DNA from: a virus
Lineage: Duplodnaviria > Heunggongvirae > Uroviricota > Caudoviricetes
DNA length: 32,930 nucleotides
IMG/VR virus record: IMGVR_UViG_2690316161_000021
Location: 1-32,930 of that record
Direction: 5' to 3' (one strand)
Within the stretch, counting starts at the first letter, position 1. The number at the start of each line of letters is the position of its first letter. A program made the position numbers and the translations under genes. Positions 7,251 through 15,518 of the stretch are shown here, piece after piece. The notes below the pieces were generated by a model. It worked only from the letters and a program-made list of their open reading frames with translations. It was not told the origin of the DNA and searched no databases.

Positions 7251-10093
7251 ATGAGTTTGCATGGAGCTGGAATGAACCACGGCCAGCCATTGATCCGGCC
7301 AGATTTACGGAGCACAGGCAGGAAACTGAAACCGACCTGCAACGCGCCATCCGTTACTACCTTGAGGCAGACAAAAAGGCTCTGGAAGAACAGGAAGCGA
7401 AGGAGGAAGCCTTTTTCGCACAATCCACCGTGGGTAAAAAACTCATGGCATCCCTTGAGGAAGCCGGACAGCGTGAAAAGCTGGCACAAAGCATCATCAG
7501 CAAGCGTCAGGCAACAGAACAAGACCCGGTGGCCCGTGCTTTTGCCACACTGAAGGTGCTTCCCGTTTATCTGCGTGAACCTCTGAGCCGCCACCTCTCT
7601 TTCCTGCGCAAAAAACAGGAAGCCGATCGCCAGAAAGGCAAAAAGAGCTGGCAGGCTGAACGCTACGCGCGCGGAACCCTGCGCAAAATATTCGAACGCC
7701 TGGACCGCACCGACCACCGCTGGCTGACACCGGGTTATCGCTCCCTTGCCGGACGCGAACGCCTGGATGATTTGCTTTACCTGCCGCAGCTCAACAAGCA
7801 CCAGATACAGACGCTGGCCACCATGACGGCGGCGATGTTCAGCAGCACCTTCGAAAAACTCTGCGATGGCTTTGGCGCGACCGATGGTGAGCTGACCATG
7901 GATGTAACGCTGAAGGCGTATCAGATGCTGGCCCGCATGGCGTTACACCTGCACGCCATGCCTCCACATTATGACGCACTGACAACAGACAAAGACCGGA
8001 GGAACGAACCGGACACGGAGCTGCTGCCGGGCGCAATCCTTCGCCTGACCTGTGCGGAATGGTGGAAACGCAAACTGTGGCTGTTACGTTGCGAGTGGCG
8101 GGAAGAACAACTCCGCGCCGCCTGTCTGGTTTCCAGAAAAACATCACCCTATCTGAGCCAGGACGCGTTAAGCGAGTTTCGCGCACAGCGCGAGAAAACA
8201 CGCGATTTCCTGAAAAGTTTCATGCTGGAAAATGAAGACGGGTTCACGATTGATCTCGAGACGGTGTATTACGCGGGAGTAAGTAACCCGGTTCACCGTA
8301 AGGCAGAAATGATGGCCACCATGAAGGGGCTGGAACTTCTGGCCGAAGCCCGTGGCGACAGAGCGGTGTTTCTGACTGTCACCTGCCCGTCAAAATACCA
8401 CGCAACAACGGAGAACGGTCATCCGAATCCCAAATGGAACGGGGCCACTATGCGCGACTCCAGCGATTACCTGGTTAACACGTTTTTTGCGGCGGTCCGC
8501 AAAAAACTGAACCGCGACGGCCTGCGCTGGTATGGCATCCGCACGGTGGAGCCTCACCATGACGGCACTGTGCACTGGCATATGATGGTCTTTGCACATC
8601 CGGACGAGATTGAAACCATCGTGTCCCACGTCTGCGATATTGCCATTCAGGAAGACCGCCACGAGCTGGGCGATGACATAACTCCGCGTTTTAAGGCGGA
8701 GTACGTCGACGGCTCAAAAGGCACGCCAACCAGCTACATCGCCACCTACATCGGAAAGAACCTGGACAGCCGCGCCGTGGATGGCATCGACCCGAAAACG
8801 GGCAAGCCACGCGTTGACCACGAAACAGGTAAATCAATGGCCGAGAGCGTGGAGCGCGCCATCGGCTGGGCGCGCCTTCACCGGGTCCGTCAGTTCCAGT
8901 TCTTTGGCATCCCCTCCCGTCAGGTGTGGCGTGAACTGCGCCGCCTTGCCAGCCAGATGGCACGCAATCCGGAAGGCCCGCAACGGCTGAAGGATGACGC
9001 AATGGACGCGGTACTCGCTGCCGCTGATGCCGGATGTTTTGCCACCTACATTGAGAAACAGGGTGGCGTACTTGTTCCACGCAAAGACTACCTGATTCGC
9101 ACCGCCTACGACCTCGCAGATGAGCTGAACGATTACGGTGAACAGAGCGTACAGATTTACGGGATCTGGTCGCCGCTCATTGGGGAGTCTTCCCGCGTAT
9201 GCACGCATCCGGATAACTGGAAGCTGGTAAGACGCAAACCGGAAGCGGAAGACAGCGCCCGCGAAAATGGTTTTGACCTTCAGGGCGGCCCTGCCGCCCC
9301 TTGGACTCGGACTCGTGGCAATAACTGTCCCCGTGTACAGGAAACAGGCAACAACGGGACAGAACAGCCGGAAGAACGGCCAGCACCGTGGCCGCAGCTT
9401 CCTGACGGCGTTGAAGTAAATGAATGGATGCGCTCACTGAAACGGCACGAACGCCGGGCGCTGATGCGTTCGCTTCGTGACAAACAGGCAAAAAACAGCA
9501 GCGATGAAATGCAGAACTGGACACAGAGCCGCAAACAGCAGCGGCCTTTGCCTGATAACCACGAGTTACTCGCTAAAGAATGGCGGGAGTCTGCTGAATC
9601 TCTCGGCCTGCATATCGGTGAACAACAGATGCAGCACCTGTTACGGGGCGGCAGTCTGTACGTTGACGGCAGCATCATTGCACCGCAGGGATTTGAAATT
9701 GTACGCAAACCGGATACCCGCCCGGACAGCCGAATCACGCAGCTCTGGCAGCGTCTGAGCCGTAATCATGGCGTAAGCAGCACGGAGATCCGCCATAACC
9801 CGGTCGCCAGCTATCTGGCACAGCTGGGGGCATCAGACCCTGAAGCCGCCGCACGCCTGGCATCCACACTTCAGCAGGACCAGAACACCATGAAAACACC
9901 CGTTACCGTGCTTTCTGACATGCTGCGCGCCATCCGCGACGCAGAGCACGCACAGAGAATCAGTGAAACCACTGAACGCGCCAGCCGCAAAGCAGACCTG
10001 CTGCGGGGTGGCCTGACCAGTGGAAACAAAAAACAGACAGAAACGGGACTCACGAATCCCGTAAATGAGCAAAAAACGCGCAGCGATATATGA
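7247..10093 (+). CDS. A: Replication initiation endonuclease, P2 gpA family (rolling circle)
   Basis: About 950 aa with an HUH-type motif (HHDGTVHWHMMVF) and a tyrosine-containing region (YIATYIGKN) typical of P2 A-type initiators. The start could be 7220 or 7247; the C-terminal roughly 250 aa looks like an extension. Confidence 0.85.
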   Translation: MNEFAWSWNEPRPAIDPARFTEHRQETETDLQRAIRYYLEADKKALEEQEAKEEAFFAQSTVGKKLMASLEEAGQREKLAQSIISKRQATEQDPVARAFATLKVLPVYLREPLSRHLSFLRKKQEADRQKGKKSWQAERYARGTLRKIFERLDRTDHRWLTPGYRSLAGRERLDDLLYLPQLNKHQIQTLATMTAAMFSSTFEKLCDGFGATDGELTMDVTLKAYQMLARMALHLHAMPPHYDALTTDKDRRNEPDTELLPGAILRLTCAEWWKRKLWLLRCEWREEQLRAACLVSRKTSPYLSQDALSEFRAQREKTRDFLKSFMLENEDGFTIDLETVYYAGVSNPVHRKAEMMATMKGLELLAEARGDRAVFLTVTCPSKYHATTENGHPNPKWNGATMRDSSDYLVNTFFAAVRKKLNRDGLRWYGIRTVEPHHDGTVHWHMMVFAHPDEIETIVSHVCDIAIQEDRHELGDDITPRFKAEYVDGSKGTPTSYIATYIGKNLDSRAVDGIDPKTGKPRVDHETGKSMAESVERAIGWARLHRVRQFQFFGIPSRQVWRELRRLASQMARNPEGPQRLKDDAMDAVLAAADAGCFATYIEKQGGVLVPRKDYLIRTAYDLADELNDYGEQSVQIYGIWSPLIGESSRVCTHPDNWKLVRRKPEAEDSARENGFDLQGGPAAPWTRTRGNNCPRVQETGNNGTEQPEERPAPWPQLPDGVEVNEWMRSLKRHERRALMRSLRDKQAKNSSDEMQNWTQSRKQQRPLPDNHELLAKEWRESAESLGLHIGEQQMQHLLRGGSLYVDGSIIAPQGFEIVRKPDTRPDSRITQLWQRLSRNHGVSSTEIRHNPVASYLAQLGASDPEAAARLASTLQQDQNTMKTPVTVLSDMLRAIRDAEHAQRISETTERASRKADLLRGGLTSGNKKQTETGLTNPVNEQKTRSDI

Positions 10094-10138
10094 GGCGCGC
10101 ACAAAACAGGCAAAAACGGGATTTCAGAATCCCGTAAA
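10030..10138. repeat. Two near-identical hairpin-containing repeats straddling the gene A stop
   Basis: AAACGGGACTCACGAATCCCGTAAA at 10041-10065 and AAACGGGATTTCAGAATCCCGTAAA at 10114-10138, each with a 6-bp inverted repeat ACGGGA/TCCCGT; both are preceded by AAAACAG-CA-AAA. Confidence 0.7.
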
Positions 10139-10169
10139 CGATTAATTAATCAACATAAGGAAAACCGAC

Positions 10170-11129
10170 ATGAAAATTTACATCGACGACGGCTCCACCA
10201 ACATCAAGCTGGCATGGACTGAGAACGGCGAACGCCGCAACGCCATCAGCCCGAACAGCTTCAAGTCGGAATGGTCTGCGCCGTTCGGTGGCTCGCAGCC
10301 TGCTAACTACATGCTTGATGGCGTGCGCTATGGTTTTGATCCGGTCAGCGATCGCTTTGTCCAGACGACCGACACGCAATACCAGTACAGCGATGTGAAT
10401 GTCATTGCCATTCATCACGCGCTGGTCAAATCAGACATCACGCCACAGGAAGTGGATGTGGTTGTTACCCTGCCACTGAGCGAATATTTCGACACAAACG
10501 CACAGCCGGACATGGCCAACATCAACCGCAAAAAAGCGAACGTCATGCGCCCGGTGGAGTACCAGAACGGCGAAGCATTCACTATCCGTAACGTACGGGT
10601 TATGCCTGAATCCATTCCGGCTGGCTTTAAAGCACTGGCTGACATGAGTCCGTTTGAATCCCTGCTGATTGTGGATTTGGGCGGAACCACGCTGGATGTG
10701 GCAAAGGTTCAGGGGCAACTGGCAGGTATCAGCCAGGTGTTTTGCGATCCACACGTAGGCGTTTCTCTTATGGCCGATGCCGTACTGTCGGTGATGGCCA
10801 CTAACGGTATGCGCACCAGTCACCACATCGCCAATACCATTATCGAACATCGCCATAATGAAGCCTGGCTGCGCCAGCACATCCACAATGACGCGCATTA
10901 CGCCAGCCTGATGGCGGTTATTCGTGAAAAGGAAGAAACACTGAAACAACGCGTGATCCGCGCGCTGGCGGTTTTTTCGGGTTACGGGCGGGTGATGGTT
11001 GTCGGTGGCGGGGCGGAGATTGTGGCACCCGCTATCCGCGAAGCCTGCGGAGTTAATGCGACTTTCATCGCGGACGGGGTGCCACAGTTTGCTCTGGTTA
11101 ATGGGCTGTACGCAATGGACAAGGAGTAA
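10170..11129 (+). CDS. parM: ParM/StbA-like actin-type segregation ATPase
   Basis: 319 aa with actin-fold motifs IDDGSTNIKL, DLGGTTLD and VVGGGAE. From memory it is collinear with plasmid R1 ParM (YSDVNV, ERKKAN, VMPESIPAG); not verified by search. Confidence 0.8.
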   Translation: MKIYIDDGSTNIKLAWTENGERRNAISPNSFKSEWSAPFGGSQPANYMLDGVRYGFDPVSDRFVQTTDTQYQYSDVNVIAIHHALVKSDITPQEVDVVVTLPLSEYFDTNAQPDMANINRKKANVMRPVEYQNGEAFTIRNVRVMPESIPAGFKALADMSPFESLLIVDLGGTTLDVAKVQGQLAGISQVFCDPHVGVSLMADAVLSVMATNGMRTSHHIANTIIEHRHNEAWLRQHIHNDAHYASLMAVIREKEETLKQRVIRALAVFSGYGRVMVVGGGAEIVAPAIREACGVNATFIADGVPQFALVNGLYAMDKE

Positions 11130-11133
11130 ACCA

Positions 11134-11445
11134 ATGACGACACCAACCAGACGGATAAGTTTCTATCTGAAGCCCGCCGCCGTCAAGAACGAAGGAGAAG
11201 CATGCGCCTGGCTGGACAGCCTTACACCAGAAGCCCGCAAAAGCGGCCAACGCGTGGCTTTTCTGGCCGGGCTGGCACTTCTGAAGACGAATCCGGCAGA
11301 GGCTTACCGACTGGCCGCATGGGCTGATGATGAGATGTTACCTGTGACACAAATCAGCTCAAAAAAGTTTGAAGCACAGTCTGCACCAGTGGCTAAGATA
11401 ACCAGCCAGATGGCTGGGAATATCCGGGCGTTATTTCCTGAGTAA
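11134..11445 (+). CDS. parR: ParR/StbB-like small DNA-binding partner
   Basis: 103 aa starting 4 nt after the parM stop with AAGGAG RBS; N-terminal RRISFYLKP and LAGLAL resemble R1 ParR as I recall it, and the C-terminus ends IRALFPE. Confidence 0.6.
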   Translation: MTTPTRRISFYLKPAAVKNEGEACAWLDSLTPEARKSGQRVAFLAGLALLKTNPAEAYRLAAWADDEMLPVTQISSKKFEAQSAPVAKITSQMAGNIRALFPE

Positions 11446-11573
11446 AAGCATCTGCGCGAAAAATGCTCACGTTTATAGAGACAGTATCATTCCATTTGGC
11501 ACACTTACTTCAATAATCGATCTGTTAAACAAATAGATTGTCTATTATCTATCGATTAAAACGATCAATTATC

Positions 11574-11601
11574 TTGACAGTAATGTGCCTTTTTGTAAGA
11601 T
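11574..11601 (+). promoter_or_regulatory. Candidate sigma70 promoter for the hotspot moron gene
   Basis: TTGACA (11574-11579), 16-bp spacer, TAAGAT (11596-11601) with TG one base upstream (extended -10). Confidence 0.45.
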
Positions 11602-11735
11602 CGTTCGCATTGTGAGCGACAAGATAATTGCGCGGCATTGTCCATGCAAAACGCCCCAATAGCAGCAACTATTGGGGCGTAAAACTCGGTCGGACTCACT
11701 TAACCTGATATGCGTGCCTTCCGAAGTAAATCAAA

Positions 11736-11804
11736 ATGTGCGTCGTATATTTTATTGCTTACACGCACCTCTGTAAAGGCACGCATATTTTTCCTATGAG
11801 GTAA
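11736..11804 (+). CDS. Possible 22-aa leader peptide (MCVVYFIAYTHLCKGTHIFPMR)
   Basis: Short ORF ending 5 nt before the GTG start of the 89-aa gene and covering its RBS; it sits inside an inverted repeat. Speculative. Confidence 0.2.
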   Translation: MCVVYFIAYTHLCKGTHIFPMR

Positions 11805-11809
11805 ATAAA

Positions 11810-12079
11810 GTGCGGGCTAAAACAGGTATTTGCAAGAACCCTCATCGTTATAATCCAACATTTCTGTCTCTCCCTGAATATCAAGGACAAGAAGGTCGGC
11901 ACAAATGCGCTGCCTGTGCTTTTGAGCTAGGCATAAAAGATGCGCTTGAAGGACGCGCTATGGCTCAGAATGATTTAGTTTTAGCTAACATTCCGTTTAG
12001 CCAGGCTGGAACTGTAAGGCACAGAGATGCCTATGAAGCATATGTTCGTGGTTGGCGATTAATAAACAGCAACAATTGA
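11810..12079 (+). CDS. Hypothetical 89-aa protein (single CxxC, basic) in the A-to-cos cargo hotspot
   Basis: GTG start with GAGG RBS 8 nt upstream; followed by an intrinsic terminator; embedded in AT-rich DNA. Confidence 0.5.
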   Translation: MRAKTGICKNPHRYNPTFLSLPEYQGQEGRHKCAACAFELGIKDALEGRAMAQNDLVLANIPFSQAGTVRHRDAYEAYVRGWRLINSNN

Positions 12080-12087
12080 TACTTTTG

Positions 12088-12112
12088 AAGCGCCGATAAG
12101 GCGCTTTTTTTG
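12088..12112 (+). terminator. Intrinsic terminator after the 89-aa moron gene
   Basis: Stem AGCGCC/GGCGCT with GATAA loop followed by an 8-T run. Confidence 0.7.
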
Positions 12113-12566
12113 TTTGCACGATAGTGCACAAGTTTGCACAATTTTTTTGAACGACTTTTTGTACTTCCGGCCCGCGTGGTGGCTGGATCCGTCAAGGATC
12201 CGTACGTGCACAAAAAAACGCGTTTTTTCTGCGCGCAGGTGACGGGGGAACAGCCCGCGTTTCAGGGGGGTAAATAGCGTTCCCTTAACGATGTCGCAGC
12301 GACACGACAGAATGGCCGTATTTCTCACGCTGAGCGTGAAAAATACGTGAGGGATTCTGGTTTGATGGGGTGAAAGGTAAGGCCGTCAAAATCGCACTGA
12401 GGCGGCGAGAACATGCAGTCAGCGCAGTGGGATTGCGTAAGAATCTGACCGTCGATGATGGCAATAAGCAGGAAAGCGTCGTGAAATTATCTGACTGATA
12501 CAGGAGCTGGAGAGTCGGGGCATAAATTTTTTATGCCCCGGCGAAGCAGCAGACAAGCGAAGCGCG
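12113..12566. other. Packaging region upstream of portal gene Q; probable cos site
   Basis: Noncoding interval between the hotspot and Q, where cos lies in P2-family genomes. Contains GTTTGCAC and GGATCCGT direct repeats, the palindrome AAAAAACGCGTTTTTT, and GACGGGGGAACAGC (around 12241-12254), which resembles the recalled P2/186 cohesive-end motif GGCG.GGCGGGGAAAGCA. Confidence 0.4.
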
Positions 12567-13613
12567 TCAGGATGTGGGCTGGGTATCTAACAGTGCGTAA
12601 GGGTTAAAGCGGATCACCTCTTCGCCAAGCCAGTCATTGATGTGCTTCATGGCCTCCATGACGGGCATCAGCTCGTTAATTGCGTAAACCCGCGCGGCCT
12701 TCTCCACATCACCAAACGCACTTTTTTCGCCCGGCATCGCCCCCATCAGTTGCGGTGGAACACGGTGCGCAGCCAGCACATCATCACGGGATGCCGCCTT
12801 AACATTCATGAACTCATCTTTTGCGGTGATCTGCTGGAACGGCAAAATTTGCACCCCCTCTTTGCCCCCGTTGGGCGCATGGATGAGCACGTTTTTAAAC
12901 GCACCACCACCACGCGCACCCTGTAACGTTTCTTTCAGGGAGTCCATGCTTTCGCGGTTTACCTGCGCTGCACCGATATAGATGATGCACCCGGCGTGGG
13001 ATCCATTGTCGTAATACAGTTTTCTGAACATGTCCGCCGAATGAGACAGGCTGGCCGAGAGTAATGCGCCAAGATATTCCGGCATGCCGTAAATTTCCTG
13101 GTTAATGTCCGGATTCATCAGGTGGCACACTTTGCCAGGGCGAAACTGAAACGCATCCTTGCCATCCTGAACATACCACCATGATTCAAGATCGCTTCCG
13201 CGTCGCATGTATTTCGCCAGGGCGTGCCGTAATTTAAGCGGTTCGCCGAGCATATTGCTTCGAAGCTCAAGAAATGCGTTACCGAACACAAACCAGTCCA
13301 GCGCCAGCGCCGAGAAATCCTGCCGGGAAAGCAGCGGGTGCGGAATATAGCAACCGAGCAATACATTGCGCTTAAAGTAAAGCGCAGACTGATGCCAGGA
13401 CGTTTGCCGGGCAGCTCTTGCCAGACCGTACCAGTCCACCGGGGTTTCATACCACCGCCCGTTATCAGCACAGTACATATTGTCCAGCAAATCATGCCCG
13501 GTCAGGCGATAAGGACCATCAAATGTGAATGCACTGAGCGACGATTCTTTCCTGAGCGCATCAGCGAGATCAATGCGTGAACTCATGCGCACTTTTTTAT
13601 TTTTTCTGCTCAT
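12567..13613 (-). CDS. Q: Portal protein (P2 gpQ-like)
   Basis: 348 aa, first gene left of cos on the minus strand and overlapping the P stop, as in P2. Confidence 0.8.
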   Translation of the reverse strand: MSRKNKKVRMSSRIDLADALRKESSLSAFTFDGPYRLTGHDLLDNMYCADNGRWYETPVDWYGLARAARQTSWHQSALYFKRNVLLGCYIPHPLLSRQDFSALALDWFVFGNAFLELRSNMLGEPLKLRHALAKYMRRGSDLESWWYVQDGKDAFQFRPGKVCHLMNPDINQEIYGMPEYLGALLSASLSHSADMFRKLYYDNGSHAGCIIYIGAAQVNRESMDSLKETLQGARGGGAFKNVLIHAPNGGKEGVQILPFQQITAKDEFMNVKAASRDDVLAAHRVPPQLMGAMPGEKSAFGDVEKAARVYAINELMPVMEAMKHINDWLGEEVIRFNPYALLDTQPTS

Positions 13614-15364
13614 CAGAACTCCATAACCGTAAAACGCTCGTTTTCCCCTTCGCCGCCAATTGGTTCGTTAATGACAGCAAGCATGGTTGCCCACGCAAGG
13701 TCGCCGTGGCTGATCCCCCTCGCACGGTCCGTTTCGTAAGTGATAAAACCGCCCGGTGTTTTCACCTTACGCACGGCGTTAAAGGCCGCGACCAGCTCGC
13801 GTTCGGCGCGATCGTATTCCCACCGCCCGGCACGCATTATTTGCAGCATTTTCAGTACCAGCGACCGTTTTGATGACAGCGTGAAGGTGTACGGAATAGC
13901 AGCAGGGAAAAACCGTTTCACTATCTGATAAACAGCCTCCCCGTTCCCGCCCGTCACATCAATGCCGATGTGTTCCACGTTGTAGCGACACGTGAACTCT
14001 TCAATGACTCTGGCCTGTTCTTCAAACTCCAGCCCCTGAACGCGTCGCGTCTCCACCGTTCGAAAACGGCCACCAGGAACAGCCGGAGGAACCACCACGG
14101 ACACAGCGCCGCTGTCGCCGTTGCCACTGCTGCCGTTTGCGTCATACCCAATCCATACCGGACGATTCCCCATCGGGCGGGGAGCAAAAGGTTTCCAGTC
14201 TTTCCAGTCGTCGTATCCGTCAACACCGCAGCCAATCAGGATATTCAGGTTAAATGCCGATTCCCCTTCGCGGACAAACTCACACATATAGAGATTGCGG
14301 AACTCGTCTTCGGTGTTTTCATCACGAATTTCGTCAATATCGGTGTGTTTCCAGCCGTGATTAACCACATCTTCCAGCGTGACAATTTGCCGCCACGTCC
14401 GGTCAGGGCAGATAAGCCCGTTATGCAGCGTTTTCCAGTCCACAGAAAAACGCTGGCGTTTATGCGTGGCCTTTTTCTCGTTCCAGCGGTCGCCGTTCCA
14501 GTAGGCGTATGCCTCGTGCGTTTCGGTGGATGGCGTGGAGAAGTAGGTGCGCCGCAGTCCGCTGAGGGTTGCCATAGCGCCAGCCACCTTGCGCAGTTCA
14601 GCAAAGCGACTGACCCAGAAAAATTCATCAAAATAAAAATTGCCCGTATAGGACTGTGCCGACGCAGCAGAAGTGCCGAGAAAATGCAGCTCTGCACCGT
14701 TGGAGAGGATGATTTTATCGCCCCCTTTCAGCTCCACATCAACTTCAGCCGCGGCCTTCTGAATAATGCTTTTGAACTGGAACGCCTGACGACGCGACGC
14801 AGACAAAAAAATCTGGTTACGCTGGTAAGGTTGCGCCACATCGTCACGCAGCGCCATCAGCAGAGCTTCCTGTGCAAAATACCAGGTCGCCCCAATCTGT
14901 CGGGATTTCAGGATCATCCTGTTACGTATCCCGGCTTCCTTGCAAAGTGTCAGGGAGTCAAACCAGCCCCGCTGATGCCACTCCAGCCTGCTGATGATTT
15001 TTTCCCGCAGTGCGGCAATCTGTTCCGGCGTGAAATGATTTTTGAGTTTTTTCGCCCGGCCTTTCTTTCCTGCGGCCATCACATCCGGCTGGCCATCATG
15101 CAGCTTTTTAAGCTGCCGGGTCAGCAGGTCTATTTCCTTAAAGTCACCGCCTGTTTTATTCTGTTTTTCAGTAAGCTGGATGAGGCGCGCATCGATGGAC
15201 TGCGTGACACGCTGCACGGGTGGCGTTTCATCCCACTGGTCGCGTTTTTTCCACGCATAAACCGTGTTCGGGTTTATTCCCATCAGACGTGATATTTCTG
15301 CGGGCGGATAACCCTGCCAGTAAAGTTGCCGCGCACGCTGGCGCACAAAAGCGTCCTGAATCAT
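13613..15364 (-). CDS. P: Terminase large (ATPase) subunit (P2 gpP-like)
   Basis: 583 aa, in the P2 position upstream of Q and divergent from O. Confidence 0.85.
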   Translation of the reverse strand: MIQDAFVRQRARQLYWQGYPPAEISRLMGINPNTVYAWKKRDQWDETPPVQRVTQSIDARLIQLTEKQNKTGGDFKEIDLLTRQLKKLHDGQPDVMAAGKKGRAKKLKNHFTPEQIAALREKIISRLEWHQRGWFDSLTLCKEAGIRNRMILKSRQIGATWYFAQEALLMALRDDVAQPYQRNQIFLSASRRQAFQFKSIIQKAAAEVDVELKGGDKIILSNGAELHFLGTSAASAQSYTGNFYFDEFFWVSRFAELRKVAGAMATLSGLRRTYFSTPSTETHEAYAYWNGDRWNEKKATHKRQRFSVDWKTLHNGLICPDRTWRQIVTLEDVVNHGWKHTDIDEIRDENTEDEFRNLYMCEFVREGESAFNLNILIGCGVDGYDDWKDWKPFAPRPMGNRPVWIGYDANGSSGNGDSGAVSVVVPPAVPGGRFRTVETRRVQGLEFEEQARVIEEFTCRYNVEHIGIDVTGGNGEAVYQIVKRFFPAAIPYTFTLSSKRSLVLKMLQIMRAGRWEYDRAERELVAAFNAVRKVKTPGGFITYETDRARGISHGDLAWATMLAVINEPIGGEGENERFTVMEF

Positions 15365-15518
15365 TGCTCCCCCTGAGTAATTACAGGAAGATTACCCGCG
15401 CGCGAAACCGTTCTCCTTAACCCCCTGTTCTGGCCGTTTTCTTACAACAAAAGCCCTTTGTATCAGCCTGTTACGCTTTGCCATCATGACTGAAGAACCA
15501 GTCAGAGGGGCAAAAACT
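15365..15518. promoter_or_regulatory. Divergent late promoter region between P and O
   Basis: Intergenic region between divergent capsid operons; contains TGT...ACA dyads but with a spacing different from the canonical N12. Confidence 0.35.

Noticed and set aside
7100-7801. 233-aa minus-strand ORF antisense to the start of gene A
   Set aside because: Entirely inside the A coding region on the opposite strand; typical shadow ORF of a GC-rich gene.
11810-12079. Possibility that the 89-aa Cys-containing protein is the late activator Ogr
   Set aside because: It has only one CxxC pair and a different cysteine spacing from Ogr as I recall it, and it sits in the A-to-cos hotspot rather than next to the att site.
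13970-15292. 440-aa plus-strand ORF antisense to terminase gene P
   Set aside because: Completely overlaps the strongly supported terminase large subunit; Arg/Pro-rich shadow-frame translation.
15365-15518. Canonical Ogr-type late promoter dyads (TGT-N12-ACA) between P and O
   Set aside because: The TGT/ACA pairs present have about 15-bp spacing; I could not find an exact N12 dyad by eye, so only a generic late-promoter region is annotated.
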